52,659 bases of DNA. Source: Myxococcota bacterium (GTDB lineage: Bacteria; Myxococcota; Myxococcia; Myxococcales; Myxococcaceae). Shown one piece after another: positions 8,356 through 15,983 of this stretch. The stretch lies in contig JBMORE010000185.1 in NCBI GenBank assembly GCA_049322255.1, positions 1 to 52,659 on the forward strand, in the 5' to 3' direction. The notes beneath the pieces are model-generated. The model made no database searches and had not been told where the DNA came from. It saw nothing but the letters and a program-made list of their open reading frames with translations. How positions within the stretch are numbered: position 1 is the first letter of the stretch; each line of letters begins with the position of its first letter. Position numbers and translations under genes: made by a program.

Positions 8356-10914
8356 CTACTTTCTCCCTTTAGGCACCTTCGCCGGCGCCGGAGAAGGGAA
8401 GTTCTTCACCAGCACTTCCTTGGCGTTTTCGCGCAGGCGCTGGGAGTCGGCTTTCTCCGCGACGGCAACCAACGTTTCCTTGGCGTCTTTGGTCTTCACC
8501 TCGTCGAGCAGCCGAAGAAAGCGCGCCTTCATGTCGTCGCCGAAATCGGTGTTGGAAAGGACGAAGTCGCGCACCAAGAGGGCGGCGTCGGGCGAGCTCT
8601 TCACGGTGTAGTTGTCCCATAGGCGCGACAGCACGTTTCGCGCGAGCTCGTTGTTCCCCGGCGCGTCCTTGAGAAGGTCGCGAATCGCCGGCACCACCTC
8701 GGGGTTCTCCACCGCTCCCAGTGCCTCGGCCGCTGCCTTGAAGAACGGGTAGCCGCGTGTCTTTTGGGTGTTCACCGCGGCCCGCAGCGTCGCCAGCGCG
8801 ATGGTGTCTCCCAGCCGCGCGGTCCCCGCCGCCAGCCCGGGAAGGTAGTTCAAGTCGATCTCTCTCCTGGCGATCTCCTCGAGGAGGTAGCTCCGCGCCT
8901 CGGTGGAGTCGAACTTGCCCAAGAGCTCCATCGCCGCCCGCCGCACCCGGATGAGCCCGAACGCGTCTTCGGGTAGGCCGGTGGGGCGCTTCGCCAACGC
9001 GAGCACGTGCGGCCCAAGCTCGCTCGGCAGCCGCTTCCACTTGGCGCTCGCCAATCGGTTCATCACCGCCTCGCGCACGTAGGGAGAGGGGTCCTTGTTC
9101 AAGGCGTCGATGAGGGCTCCCATTGCTGCGTCGGTGGGGCGGGTCTCTTCCTTGGCGTCGGGGTTGACCAGCTCGCCCATCAAAGACATCTGCGCAAGCA
9201 TTCGCCACACCGGGTCGGGGTCGCTGCGCGCGGCCAAAATCCACTGCTGCTCGCCGATGGCGGGCGCGTAGATCTTCGCCAGCGCGGCGCCGCCCTTGTT
9301 CCAGTTCACCCACTGCGGCAGCGCGGGGACGGAGATTTTCGCGGTCACCACCGGTTTGTCGATCACCAAGGTGTGCTCCTGGTGGTAGCTCGGCTCGAGC
9401 TCGCGGTGGACGACGATGGGCAGCTTGAAGACGAACGGCCCCTTCTCGCCCGGGTGGTTGGGCTGCTGGCGCACGGTGATGCTCAGCTGGCCGCCCGCGT
9501 AAGCCGTCTCGGTCCACAGCACCGGGTAGCCGCGCTTCTTGAGCCACGCGTCTTTGAAGGCGCGCAGCTCCGAGGCCTTCTTGGAAGAGACGCCCACCGC
9601 GGCGAAGAACTGCTCGGAGGTCGCGTTCCCCAGGGCGTGCTTTTCCAAGTACGCCTTGAGGGCCTTCCTCATCTCGTCGCGGCCGATCCACTGCTCGAGC
9701 ATGCGTAAGACGTGAGCGCCTTTTTGATAGGAGATGGCGTCGAACACATCCTCGGGAGAGGGCGCGCCCTTGGGCACCAAGGGGTGCGAGCGCGGCCCGT
9801 CTTCGTGGCGCAGGTAGTCGACGAAGGTGTCGTAGGCGACGTCCACGTCGACGTAGTCGTTGTCGTAGTAGGCGTCTTCGGTGAGGCGACCCAAATACGT
9901 GGCAAAGCCCTCATTGAGCCAGGTGTCGTCCCACCACTTGCAAGTGACGTAGTCACCGAACCACTGGTGCGCCAGCTCGTGCGCCACCAGAGCGGTGATG
10001 CGCGCGCGCCCCACGATGTGGTTCTGGTGCTCGAGCACCAACCCGTTTTCCCGCTGCATCACCAGGGTGGTGTTCTCCATGCCGCCCCAGATGAAACGCG
10101 GCACCGCCACTTGGTCGAATTTGTCCCACGGGTACTTCACCCCCACGAATGCGGCCTGAAACTGGAGCGCATGTTGGGTCGCATCCTTGGCGATGAAGGC
10201 ACGGTCTGCCTGGCCCTTGCCGACGTGGAGGGTCGCTGGCACCTCCCCACCCACCTCCACCTCTTCGAATTCGCCCACCGCCACTGCCACCAGGTAGGTC
10301 GAGTGCGGCATTTGTTGTTTCCAGTGCACCCGACGCAGGTTCTCGCCCTCGGCGGAGAACGCCTCGTCCTTCAGCTGCTGGCCGTTGGAGAGCACCCGGT
10401 AGCGGCCGTCCACCACCGCGAACAGCTCGGTGGTCGCCTTGTCGTCGGGCTGATCGTTGCAAGGAAAGAAGCGCGGCGCGCCGTGCGGCTGGAAGTGGGT
10501 GAAGTACGAGGGGAGCCCGCCTTCGTTCTCGACGACGAAGAGCCCCTCGTGCGCCGCGCTGGCCTTGCCGGTGTAAGCAAGCTCGACCACCGCGTCCTTT
10601 CCAGGAGGCAATGCCTTGGGCGCCTTCACCGTCAGACGGCCCATGCGTTCGGAGGCATCTTCCTTGACTCGGAAGGTGGCGGCGGCGCCGTTCACGCTGG
10701 CGGAGCCGATGCTCAGCCCGAAAGCATCGAGCTCGACTTCGGTCAACGCGCGCTTGGGACGCAAGGTGACCTGCACCTTGTTTTCGAAAGTGCCGCCCTC
10801 CTTCAGGCGAAAGTCGATGCGGTAGTGCTGCGCGTCGTAGGGCCGGCTCTTGGGCGTGAAGGCGGTCGTCGGCTTGGCCGCCGTCAATGAGAGGAGAATG
10901 AGGGCGTGGAACAT
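8356..10914 (-). CDS. Secreted M1 family aminopeptidase with C-terminal HEAT-like repeats
   Basis: GGMEN exopeptidase motif, HELAH-x18-E (WLNEGFA), catalytic YQKG, signal peptide, helical repeats (DPDPVWR, DPSPYVRE). Confidence 0.92.
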   Translation of the reverse strand: MFHALILLSLTAAKPTTAFTPKSRPYDAQHYRIDFRLKEGGTFENKVQVTLRPKRALTEVELDAFGLSIGSASVNGAAATFRVKEDASERMGRLTVKAPKALPPGKDAVVELAYTGKASAAHEGLFVVENEGGLPSYFTHFQPHGAPRFFPCNDQPDDKATTELFAVVDGRYRVLSNGQQLKDEAFSAEGENLRRVHWKQQMPHSTYLVAVAVGEFEEVEVGGEVPATLHVGKGQADRAFIAKDATQHALQFQAAFVGVKYPWDKFDQVAVPRFIWGGMENTTLVMQRENGLVLEHQNHIVGRARITALVAHELAHQWFGDYVTCKWWDDTWLNEGFATYLGRLTEDAYYDNDYVDVDVAYDTFVDYLRHEDGPRSHPLVPKGAPSPEDVFDAISYQKGAHVLRMLEQWIGRDEMRKALKAYLEKHALGNATSEQFFAAVGVSSKKASELRAFKDAWLKKRGYPVLWTETAYAGGQLSITVRQQPNHPGEKGPFVFKLPIVVHRELEPSYHQEHTLVIDKPVVTAKISVPALPQWVNWNKGGAALAKIYAPAIGEQQWILAARSDPDPVWRMLAQMSLMGELVNPDAKEETRPTDAAMGALIDALNKDPSPYVREAVMNRLASAKWKRLPSELGPHVLALAKRPTGLPEDAFGLIRVRRAAMELLGKFDSTEARSYLLEEIARREIDLNYLPGLAAGTARLGDTIALATLRAAVNTQKTRGYPFFKAAAEALGAVENPEVVPAIRDLLKDAPGNNELARNVLSRLWDNYTVKSSPDAALLVRDFVLSNTDFGDDMKARFLRLLDEVKTKDAKETLVAVAEKADSQRLRENAKEVLVKNFPSPAPAKVPKGRK

Positions 10915-10985
10915 GGGGGCGGACCCTAGTGCATCACCGCAACAGGGGGACTTACTTTTCTTGCACCAACTGGCGAGGAGAGAAC

Positions 10986-11258
10986 ATGAGCCGCCGACAA
11001 GACCTGCCGCCTGAGCACCCGCCTGCCCCTTCTGCTGCCGCCCCGGAGCTCCAGGGGTCGCCCATCGGTGCTCTCCCCGTGGCAGAAGAGCCGTACCGTC
11101 CCTCGCGCCCCCGCGAGCTGCTCGAGGACGCCCGGCGGCGGGTGCGCGCGGTGAAAAACGCCGGAGAAGACCTGGCCGCGGCGACCGCTCGCTTGCTCCG
11201 CTTGCCGATGGAGGCGGGAAAGCTCATGGCGCGCAAGATGTTTCCCCGGCGTGCCTGA
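10986..11258 (+). CDS. Small hypothetical protein (Pro-rich N-terminus, amphipathic C-terminus)
   Basis: ATG after GAGGAG; stop overlaps the next start region, consistent with the first gene of an operon. Confidence 0.55.
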   Translation: MSRRQDLPPEHPPAPSAAAPELQGSPIGALPVAEEPYRPSRPRELLEDARRRVRAVKNAGEDLAAATARLLRLPMEAGKLMARKMFPRRA

Positions 11259-12018
11259 GCTGACCATCGCCTCGTACAACATCCACAGCGGGATCGGCAC
11301 CGACGGGAAGTTCAACCTGCACCGCGTGGGCGAGGTGCTACAGGAGATCGGCGCGGACATCGTCGCCTTGCAGGAGTGCGGCGACTTTCGCGGTCACACC
11401 GATCACGAGGAGCACCCCGAGCTGCTCGCCCAGATGCTCTCGCTGCACATGGCGTTCGGGCCCAACGTCATTCAGAACGGCCGGCGCTATGGCAATGCCA
11501 TTCTTTCGCGGCTGCCCATCTTGCGCTCGCACAACTACGATTTGTCTTTTCGGGATCGCGAGCCTCGCGGAGCGCTGCGCTGCGATCTCGACCTGGGCAA
11601 CTCCAAGCCGTTGCATGTCTTCTGCCTCCACCTGGGGCTGCGGGTGGGAGAGCGGCGCGCCCAGGAGACGCGGCTTCTTTCCGCCGACATCTTCCGCGAT
11701 GCGATGCGGGAGGACCCGGTCATCGTCTGCGGCGACTTCAACTATTGGTGGAGCGGCCCTGTGCCCGCGCTGGTGCGCCACTCCATTCACGACGCGGCGC
11801 TCCGCTTAGGAAGGCTTCAGCGCACCTACCATTCGCGGCTTCCCTTCTTGCGGCTCGACCGCATCTTCGTCGACGACGGGGTGCGGCCGCTGAATGTGTG
11901 GGCCCACAAGAGCGCGCTCGCCTCCCGCGCGTCGGACCATTTGCCCATCGTGATGCGCTTCGAAGCGCCGCCGCCGCAGCTTTTCTCCAGCCAACACCTG
12001 AGGCGGCAAACGCCGTAA
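11251..12018 (+). CDS. Endonuclease/exonuclease/phosphatase (EEP, YbhP-like) protein
   Basis: SYNIH, DIVALQE, GNAILSR, CGDFN, RLDRIF and ASDHLP motifs. Confidence 0.92.
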   Translation: MPELTIASYNIHSGIGTDGKFNLHRVGEVLQEIGADIVALQECGDFRGHTDHEEHPELLAQMLSLHMAFGPNVIQNGRRYGNAILSRLPILRSHNYDLSFRDREPRGALRCDLDLGNSKPLHVFCLHLGLRVGERRAQETRLLSADIFRDAMREDPVIVCGDFNYWWSGPVPALVRHSIHDAALRLGRLQRTYHSRLPFLRLDRIFVDDGVRPLNVWAHKSALASRASDHLPIVMRFEAPPPQLFSSQHLRRQTP

Positions 12019-12061
12019 GCTCGTTGTCGCCGCCGCACATCGGTGGCTACCCTGGTCCTTC

Positions 12062-12481
12062 GTGTCTCCCTCGAACGCCAACGGCAGCCTCTCTGGGCAC
12101 TTGAACCAGCTCGCCGAGGGGCTGGGCCGGCTCTTCTCGCACCACCTCCAGCTCGCCAAGCTCGAGCTCTCTGGCGACGCCCAGGCGATTGGCGCGGCAG
12201 TGGCCAGGTTGGCCGTGTTCATTCCCTTCGTCGTGGTGGGGTACGCCTTCCTCTGCGCCGGGGTGGCGCTGCTCTTGCTTCGCCTGATGCCTGCATACGC
12301 CTCGGCGCTCCTTGTCGGGGGAATCAACGTGGTGGGCGGAGGAGTGGGCCTCTACGTCGCCTCTCGCAAGCTCAAGGGTCGCGAGGTGATGAAGGAGACG
12401 GTCAGCGAGTTTCGGGCCAGTGCCGCCGCGCTCGCCCACGCGCGCGAGCTACCCCGTCTGGAGGGCCCTGATGCCCGCTGA
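12062..12481 (+). CDS. YqjE/phage-holin-like two-TM membrane protein
   Basis: LGRLFSHHLQLAKLEL amphipathic N-terminus, two hydrophobic segments, then KETVSEFR. Confidence 0.7.
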   Translation: MSPSNANGSLSGHLNQLAEGLGRLFSHHLQLAKLELSGDAQAIGAAVARLAVFIPFVVVGYAFLCAGVALLLLRLMPAYASALLVGGINVVGGGVGLYVASRKLKGREVMKETVSEFRASAAALAHARELPRLEGPDAR

Positions 12482-12680
12482 CCCCCCGGTGAAAACGAGC
12501 CCCGAGGCGTTGCGCGCCGAGATTGCCAGGGCGCGCGCGCAGGTCATCTCCTCCGCGGTGGCGCTGCGTGAGGAAGTGGCACTGCGGGTCGACTGGCGCG
12601 CTTGGGTACGGCGTCACCCCGGCTGGTGCCTCGCCGGCGCCTTCACCGTTGGACTTCTCATCGGCTGCCGCAAGAAATGA
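12471..12680 (+). CDS. DUF3618/YqjK-like small tail-anchored protein
   Basis: SPEALRAEIARARAQV...ALREEV...WVRRHPGWCLAGAFTVGLLIG; GGAGG RBS; overlaps the upstream gene. Confidence 0.65.
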   Translation: MPADPPVKTSPEALRAEIARARAQVISSAVALREEVALRVDWRAWVRRHPGWCLAGAFTVGLLIGCRKK

Positions 12681-12702
12681 CTCGAAGACAAGGAGCAACC
12701 CC

Positions 12703-12906
12703 ATGGAAGCGATGCCACAGGAAGAGCTCGAGCAGCGTGCCCGCGAGCTGCAGGCGCGGCTGGCGCCCAAGCTCGAGCATGCCAAAGCCACCTTGAGCGA
12801 CTGGAACACCCGGGTCACCACCTTCGTTCGCCAAAACCCCGGCACCTGCCTGTTGGGAGCGCTCGCAGTGGGTTACGTGGTGGGCAAGTTGGCCTCGCGC
12901 CGATGA
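12703..12906 (+). CDS. ElaB/YqjD (DUF883)-like tail-anchored protein
   Basis: AAGGAG RBS; C-terminal FVRQNPGTCLLGALAVGYVVGKLASRR. Confidence 0.7.
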   Translation: MEAMPQEELEQRARELQARLAPKLEHAKATLSDWNTRVTTFVRQNPGTCLLGALAVGYVVGKLASRR

Positions 12907-12917
12907 AAGGAGAAGGG

Positions 12918-13334
12918 ATGAATCCCCCGGAAACCCCCATGGGCAACGGCGCCGAGTCACGCGATGGCCCCGGCGTGGCACAGCGGGTGGGCCAGCGCGG
13001 TGAGTCGGCGCACCAGCTCTACAGCGAGGCGCGCGGCGCGGTGGAGGACTTGTCCCACGCCCTCGACTTGCGCGGGCGTGTGCAGAAGCACCCTTACGGC
13101 ATGCTCTTCGCGGCCGCCGGCGTGGGCTACGTGCTCGGCGGAGGCTTGTTTACTCCACTCACCGGTCGCATCTTGCGGCTCGGTATGCGGCTGGCAGCCC
13201 TCCCCTTGGTGAAAGAAGAGCTCCTCACCCTCGCAGAGGCGGCGGTCGATGGCTTCGTCCGAGGGGCACAAGAGGGGACGCCGAGCCAGGGCCCTGCAAC
13301 GCCCGACCCGTCGAAAGGTCCCGCCCCTACCTGA
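12918..13334 (+). CDS. Hypothetical membrane protein with an ElaB-like motif (alternative start 12903)
   Basis: RVQKHPYGMLFAAAGVGYVLGGG; AAGGAG upstream; coupled to the previous gene. Confidence 0.6.
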   Translation: MNPPETPMGNGAESRDGPGVAQRVGQRGESAHQLYSEARGAVEDLSHALDLRGRVQKHPYGMLFAAAGVGYVLGGGLFTPLTGRILRLGMRLAALPLVKEELLTLAEAAVDGFVRGAQEGTPSQGPATPDPSKGPAPT

Positions 13335-13376
13335 CCGGCACCGTCATTCGTCAACCCCAAGCAGTGGAGGTAAGCC

Positions 13377-13664
13377 ATGTGGAGCAAGCTCAAGGAGCTC
13401 AAAGACCTGGACAAGGACGACGTGCTGGAGGTGCTGGGGCTGCAAAGTCGCCGCACCGCGGTCGACTACCTCTTGCCTGCGGTGGGCATCTTCAGCGTCG
13501 GTGTCTTGGTGGGGGCGGGTATCGGACTCCTGCTCGCTCCCAAGCCCGGCGCCGAGCTGCGTCACGACCTGCGTGAGCGCCTGACCGGCGGCCCCGACCA
13601 GCTGAAGGGCCAGTTCCCCCCCGAGGCGCGTGCTCCCTCTCCCCTTGGGAGAGGGCCGGGGTGA
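13377..13664 (+). CDS. YtxH-domain general stress protein
   Basis: GVLVGAGIGLLLAPKPGAELRHDL is the YtxH signature; GGAGG RBS. Confidence 0.85.
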   Translation: MWSKLKELKDLDKDDVLEVLGLQSRRTAVDYLLPAVGIFSVGVLVGAGIGLLLAPKPGAELRHDLRERLTGGPDQLKGQFPPEARAPSPLGRGPG

Positions 13665-13667
13665 GGG
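13633..13667 (-). repeat. REP-like palindromic element (CCCTCACCC..GCCCTCTCCC-loop-GGGAGAGGG), copy 1
   Basis: Reverse complement CCCTCACCCCGGCCCTCTCCCAAGGGGAGAGGGAG is near-identical to 42579-42614. Confidence 0.8.
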
Positions 13668-13678
13668 ATAATGCGGAC

Positions 13679-14134
13679 ATGCCTAGGTGGTGCTTCGCCG
13701 CCGTCGGTTTGCTTTTGGCCTGCGTCGCTCATCGCCGGCTCGAGCAGGTGCAAGCGCTCTCCGACGAGGGCAAGGAGCTGTACAGCAAGTACCGTCAGTT
13801 CATGACCGAGGGACAGCAAGACCAGTTTTTGGACTTGCCCTCCGACGAGGAGCGCGGCCAGTTCATCGCCGCTCTGAAAATCGAAGAACGGCTGGCCCGC
13901 TACCCCAGGTACATCCAAGAGGCGATCTGGTCGCAGGAGGTCGTCCCCGGAATGGACCGCGAGGCGGTCTTGCTCACCTGGAGCACCCCGATGCTGCGGG
14001 AGTGGGACGAGCAAGAGCTCGCCAAGGGCAACGAGGTCGAGCGCTGGAGCTACCGGCGCTTCGACCAGCTCGTTCAGGTCATCCTCACCAACGGGGTGGT
14101 GACATCGGTGGAGCGCGCGGAGACCCAACAGTGA
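13679..14134 (+). CDS. Lipoprotein with SmpA/OmlA(BamE)-like C-terminal domain
   Basis: Lipobox LLAC; VVPGMDREAVLLTWSTP...ERWSY...VILTNGVVTSV. Confidence 0.6.
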   Translation: MPRWCFAAVGLLLACVAHRRLEQVQALSDEGKELYSKYRQFMTEGQQDQFLDLPSDEERGQFIAALKIEERLARYPRYIQEAIWSQEVVPGMDREAVLLTWSTPMLREWDEQELAKGNEVERWSYRRFDQLVQVILTNGVVTSVERAETQQ

Positions 14135-15018
14135 GCGCGCTTTTGCACATCGGCGAAGCGGCGCTCACCCGGGTCCGCACCATCGAGACCCTGGAAGATG
14201 CCTACCGGGCCTGGGCGGAGCTGCGGCTTCAGCACGCCGCCTCGCTGGTGAGAATCTCCGAGGAGCGGCGCCAGCTCCACGAGCAGGGCAACTTCCTCAT
14301 GGGCGCGGCGCGGGCGGCCAGCGGCGAGTTTTCGGGCGCGAGCGCACCGGGTGAGACGGCGCTCGCCGAAAGCGGGGCGCTGGAGCGGTACCTCGCCGAC
14401 GCGGAAAGCCGGCTGAGCGCGGCCCGCCGCGAGCTCGACGCCCGCGCCGACGGCGAAGCCGAAGGGTACGCCGCCGCCTTCGCACAGATTCGCAGCACCT
14501 TGCGGGAACGCATCGAGCGCTTCCTGACGACGGTGCGCCCCAAGCTGCACCTCTTTCTGCGCCCGGCGGGCCCGGGGCGAAAGATTCTTCACCTGGCGCG
14601 CGTGAGCGGGGATGCGCCGGTGCTCTTGCTCTACCTCTTCGGTCGCCGCATTCCTTCGCGCTACGACTTTCTCTTCGACGACTCCACCGACGAGGTGGGG
14701 CTGCCCCCGCCGCCGCTCTATGCCGAGGAGGGGGTGGAAAGCGCCGACATTCGCCCCACCGCGGCCGCCTTGCGCGCGCGCGTGGAAGCCCAAGGCGAAG
14801 TGCTCCCTGCCAAGGGCTTCCTCCCGGTGTTCGTGCCCATCGACGGCGGCGAAGCGTTTTACCGGCTGCTCCAGCGCGGCCCGGTGCTGGAGGTCGAGAT
14901 CCAGGACGGCGAGCACTTTCGCCACCTCCTCTTCGAGGTCGAGGCTGAACGCTTCGCCGGGCACCTCTTGCGCCTGAAGCTCGAGGGAAAGCTCGAGCTG
15001 GAGTTGGAGGCGGGTTGA
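14131..15018 (+). CDS. Hypothetical protein with N-terminal coiled coil
   Basis: GTG start overlaps the upstream TGA (GTGA); 295 aa with strong GC3 bias. Confidence 0.7.
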   Translation: MSALLHIGEAALTRVRTIETLEDAYRAWAELRLQHAASLVRISEERRQLHEQGNFLMGAARAASGEFSGASAPGETALAESGALERYLADAESRLSAARRELDARADGEAEGYAAAFAQIRSTLRERIERFLTTVRPKLHLFLRPAGPGRKILHLARVSGDAPVLLLYLFGRRIPSRYDFLFDDSTDEVGLPPPPLYAEEGVESADIRPTAAALRARVEAQGEVLPAKGFLPVFVPIDGGEAFYRLLQRGPVLEVEIQDGEHFRHLLFEVEAERFAGHLLRLKLEGKLELELEAG

Positions 15019-15020
15019 GC

Positions 15021-15914
15021 CTACTTGGTTCGCACTACGCCCACGTCGGCGGTGCCCGCCAGAATCGCCGAGCCGGTGAACAGGTTGTCGGACTTGGGCC
15101 CGCCTGACTTCACCGACTGAAAGACGATGAGGTAGGTGCGGTCGAGCGCGGGGAAGGCCGTGCCCGGGAGAGTGACCGAGGTCTTCTTCCAGTCCGAAGG
15201 CAGGGCGATGAGCTTGAGAAAGTCGAGTGGCGTTTGCGGCACGTTGGAGTACGTCGGCTCGCCGCGCTCGCCGTTCTCGCCCAGAGGCACCACGGTGACG
15301 AACCCCAGGTTGCGCTCCTTCCCCGGGGGCGGGTCGGGACGCACGAAGGTGAAGGAGGTGTTCACCGGCTGCTCGATGTAGCCCTTGGGCGGGTGCAGCG
15401 CGCCGATGCGCTCGAGCGGAGGGACGGCCTCGACCTCACCCACGTAGGTCTCCCCCTCGTGGACGACACGGAACTCGTAGTTGGCGCCTTCGGAATAACG
15501 AAAGCTGGAGTCTTCGACGCTGGTCTTCGAGTAGTTGCCGCTGCCGTCGTTGTTCAGCGTCACCGCCGTGCCACCCGCGGGGAGCACGCTCGCCGTGGCG
15601 TTGGAGAGCGGCTGGGGCGGCGTGTCGAGGCTCTCGCTCGTGCGCATGCCGAAGAAGACGAACGCCCCGGTGTGAGAGGGAATGGAGAGCACGCCGCCGT
15701 CGAAGGTCGCTCCGGCGTCCAGCCCGCCTCCGTCGAAGCTGCCGGCGTCGAAACCGGAAAACGCCAGGGGGTCGACGTCCACCGGCGGGGTGGCGAGCAA
15801 CGTCGCCACCATCACGTGGGGGGAACGCAGCTGGTTCGAGGTCTTCTGGAGGTCGCAGGCGAGCGGCCAGGCGAGGAGGGCACAGACCGCGGTGAGAAAG
15901 AGAGTTTTTCGCAT
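15021..15914 (-). CDS. Hypothetical lipoprotein (DUF4249-like beta-rich, with DAG/DGG low-complexity linker)
   Basis: MRKTLFLTAVCALLAWPLAC lipobox; LSNATASV...GSGNY...YEFRVVHEGETY pattern. Confidence 0.65.
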   Translation of the reverse strand: MRKTLFLTAVCALLAWPLACDLQKTSNQLRSPHVMVATLLATPPVDVDPLAFSGFDAGSFDGGGLDAGATFDGGVLSIPSHTGAFVFFGMRTSESLDTPPQPLSNATASVLPAGGTAVTLNNDGSGNYSKTSVEDSSFRYSEGANYEFRVVHEGETYVGEVEAVPPLERIGALHPPKGYIEQPVNTSFTFVRPDPPPGKERNLGFVTVVPLGENGERGEPTYSNVPQTPLDFLKLIALPSDWKKTSVTLPGTAFPALDRTYLIVFQSVKSGGPKSDNLFTGSAILAGTADVGVVRTK

Positions 15915-15983
15915 AGGGGAGTGAAGGCAAGCCGGCCTTTGGAATTCGTGCGCCAGCATAACAGGGCTATCCTTTCGCGCACG

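Noticed and set aside
10470..10510. M1 peptidase THFQP in place of the common TQFE/TQCE motif
   Set aside because: Gln at this position occurs in active M1 enzymes, and GxMEN, HExxH, the distal Glu and the catalytic Tyr are intact.
12062..12481. Holin-like gene as evidence of a prophage
   Set aside because: Context is a YqjE/ElaB/YtxH cluster; no phage structural, integrase or lysin genes nearby.
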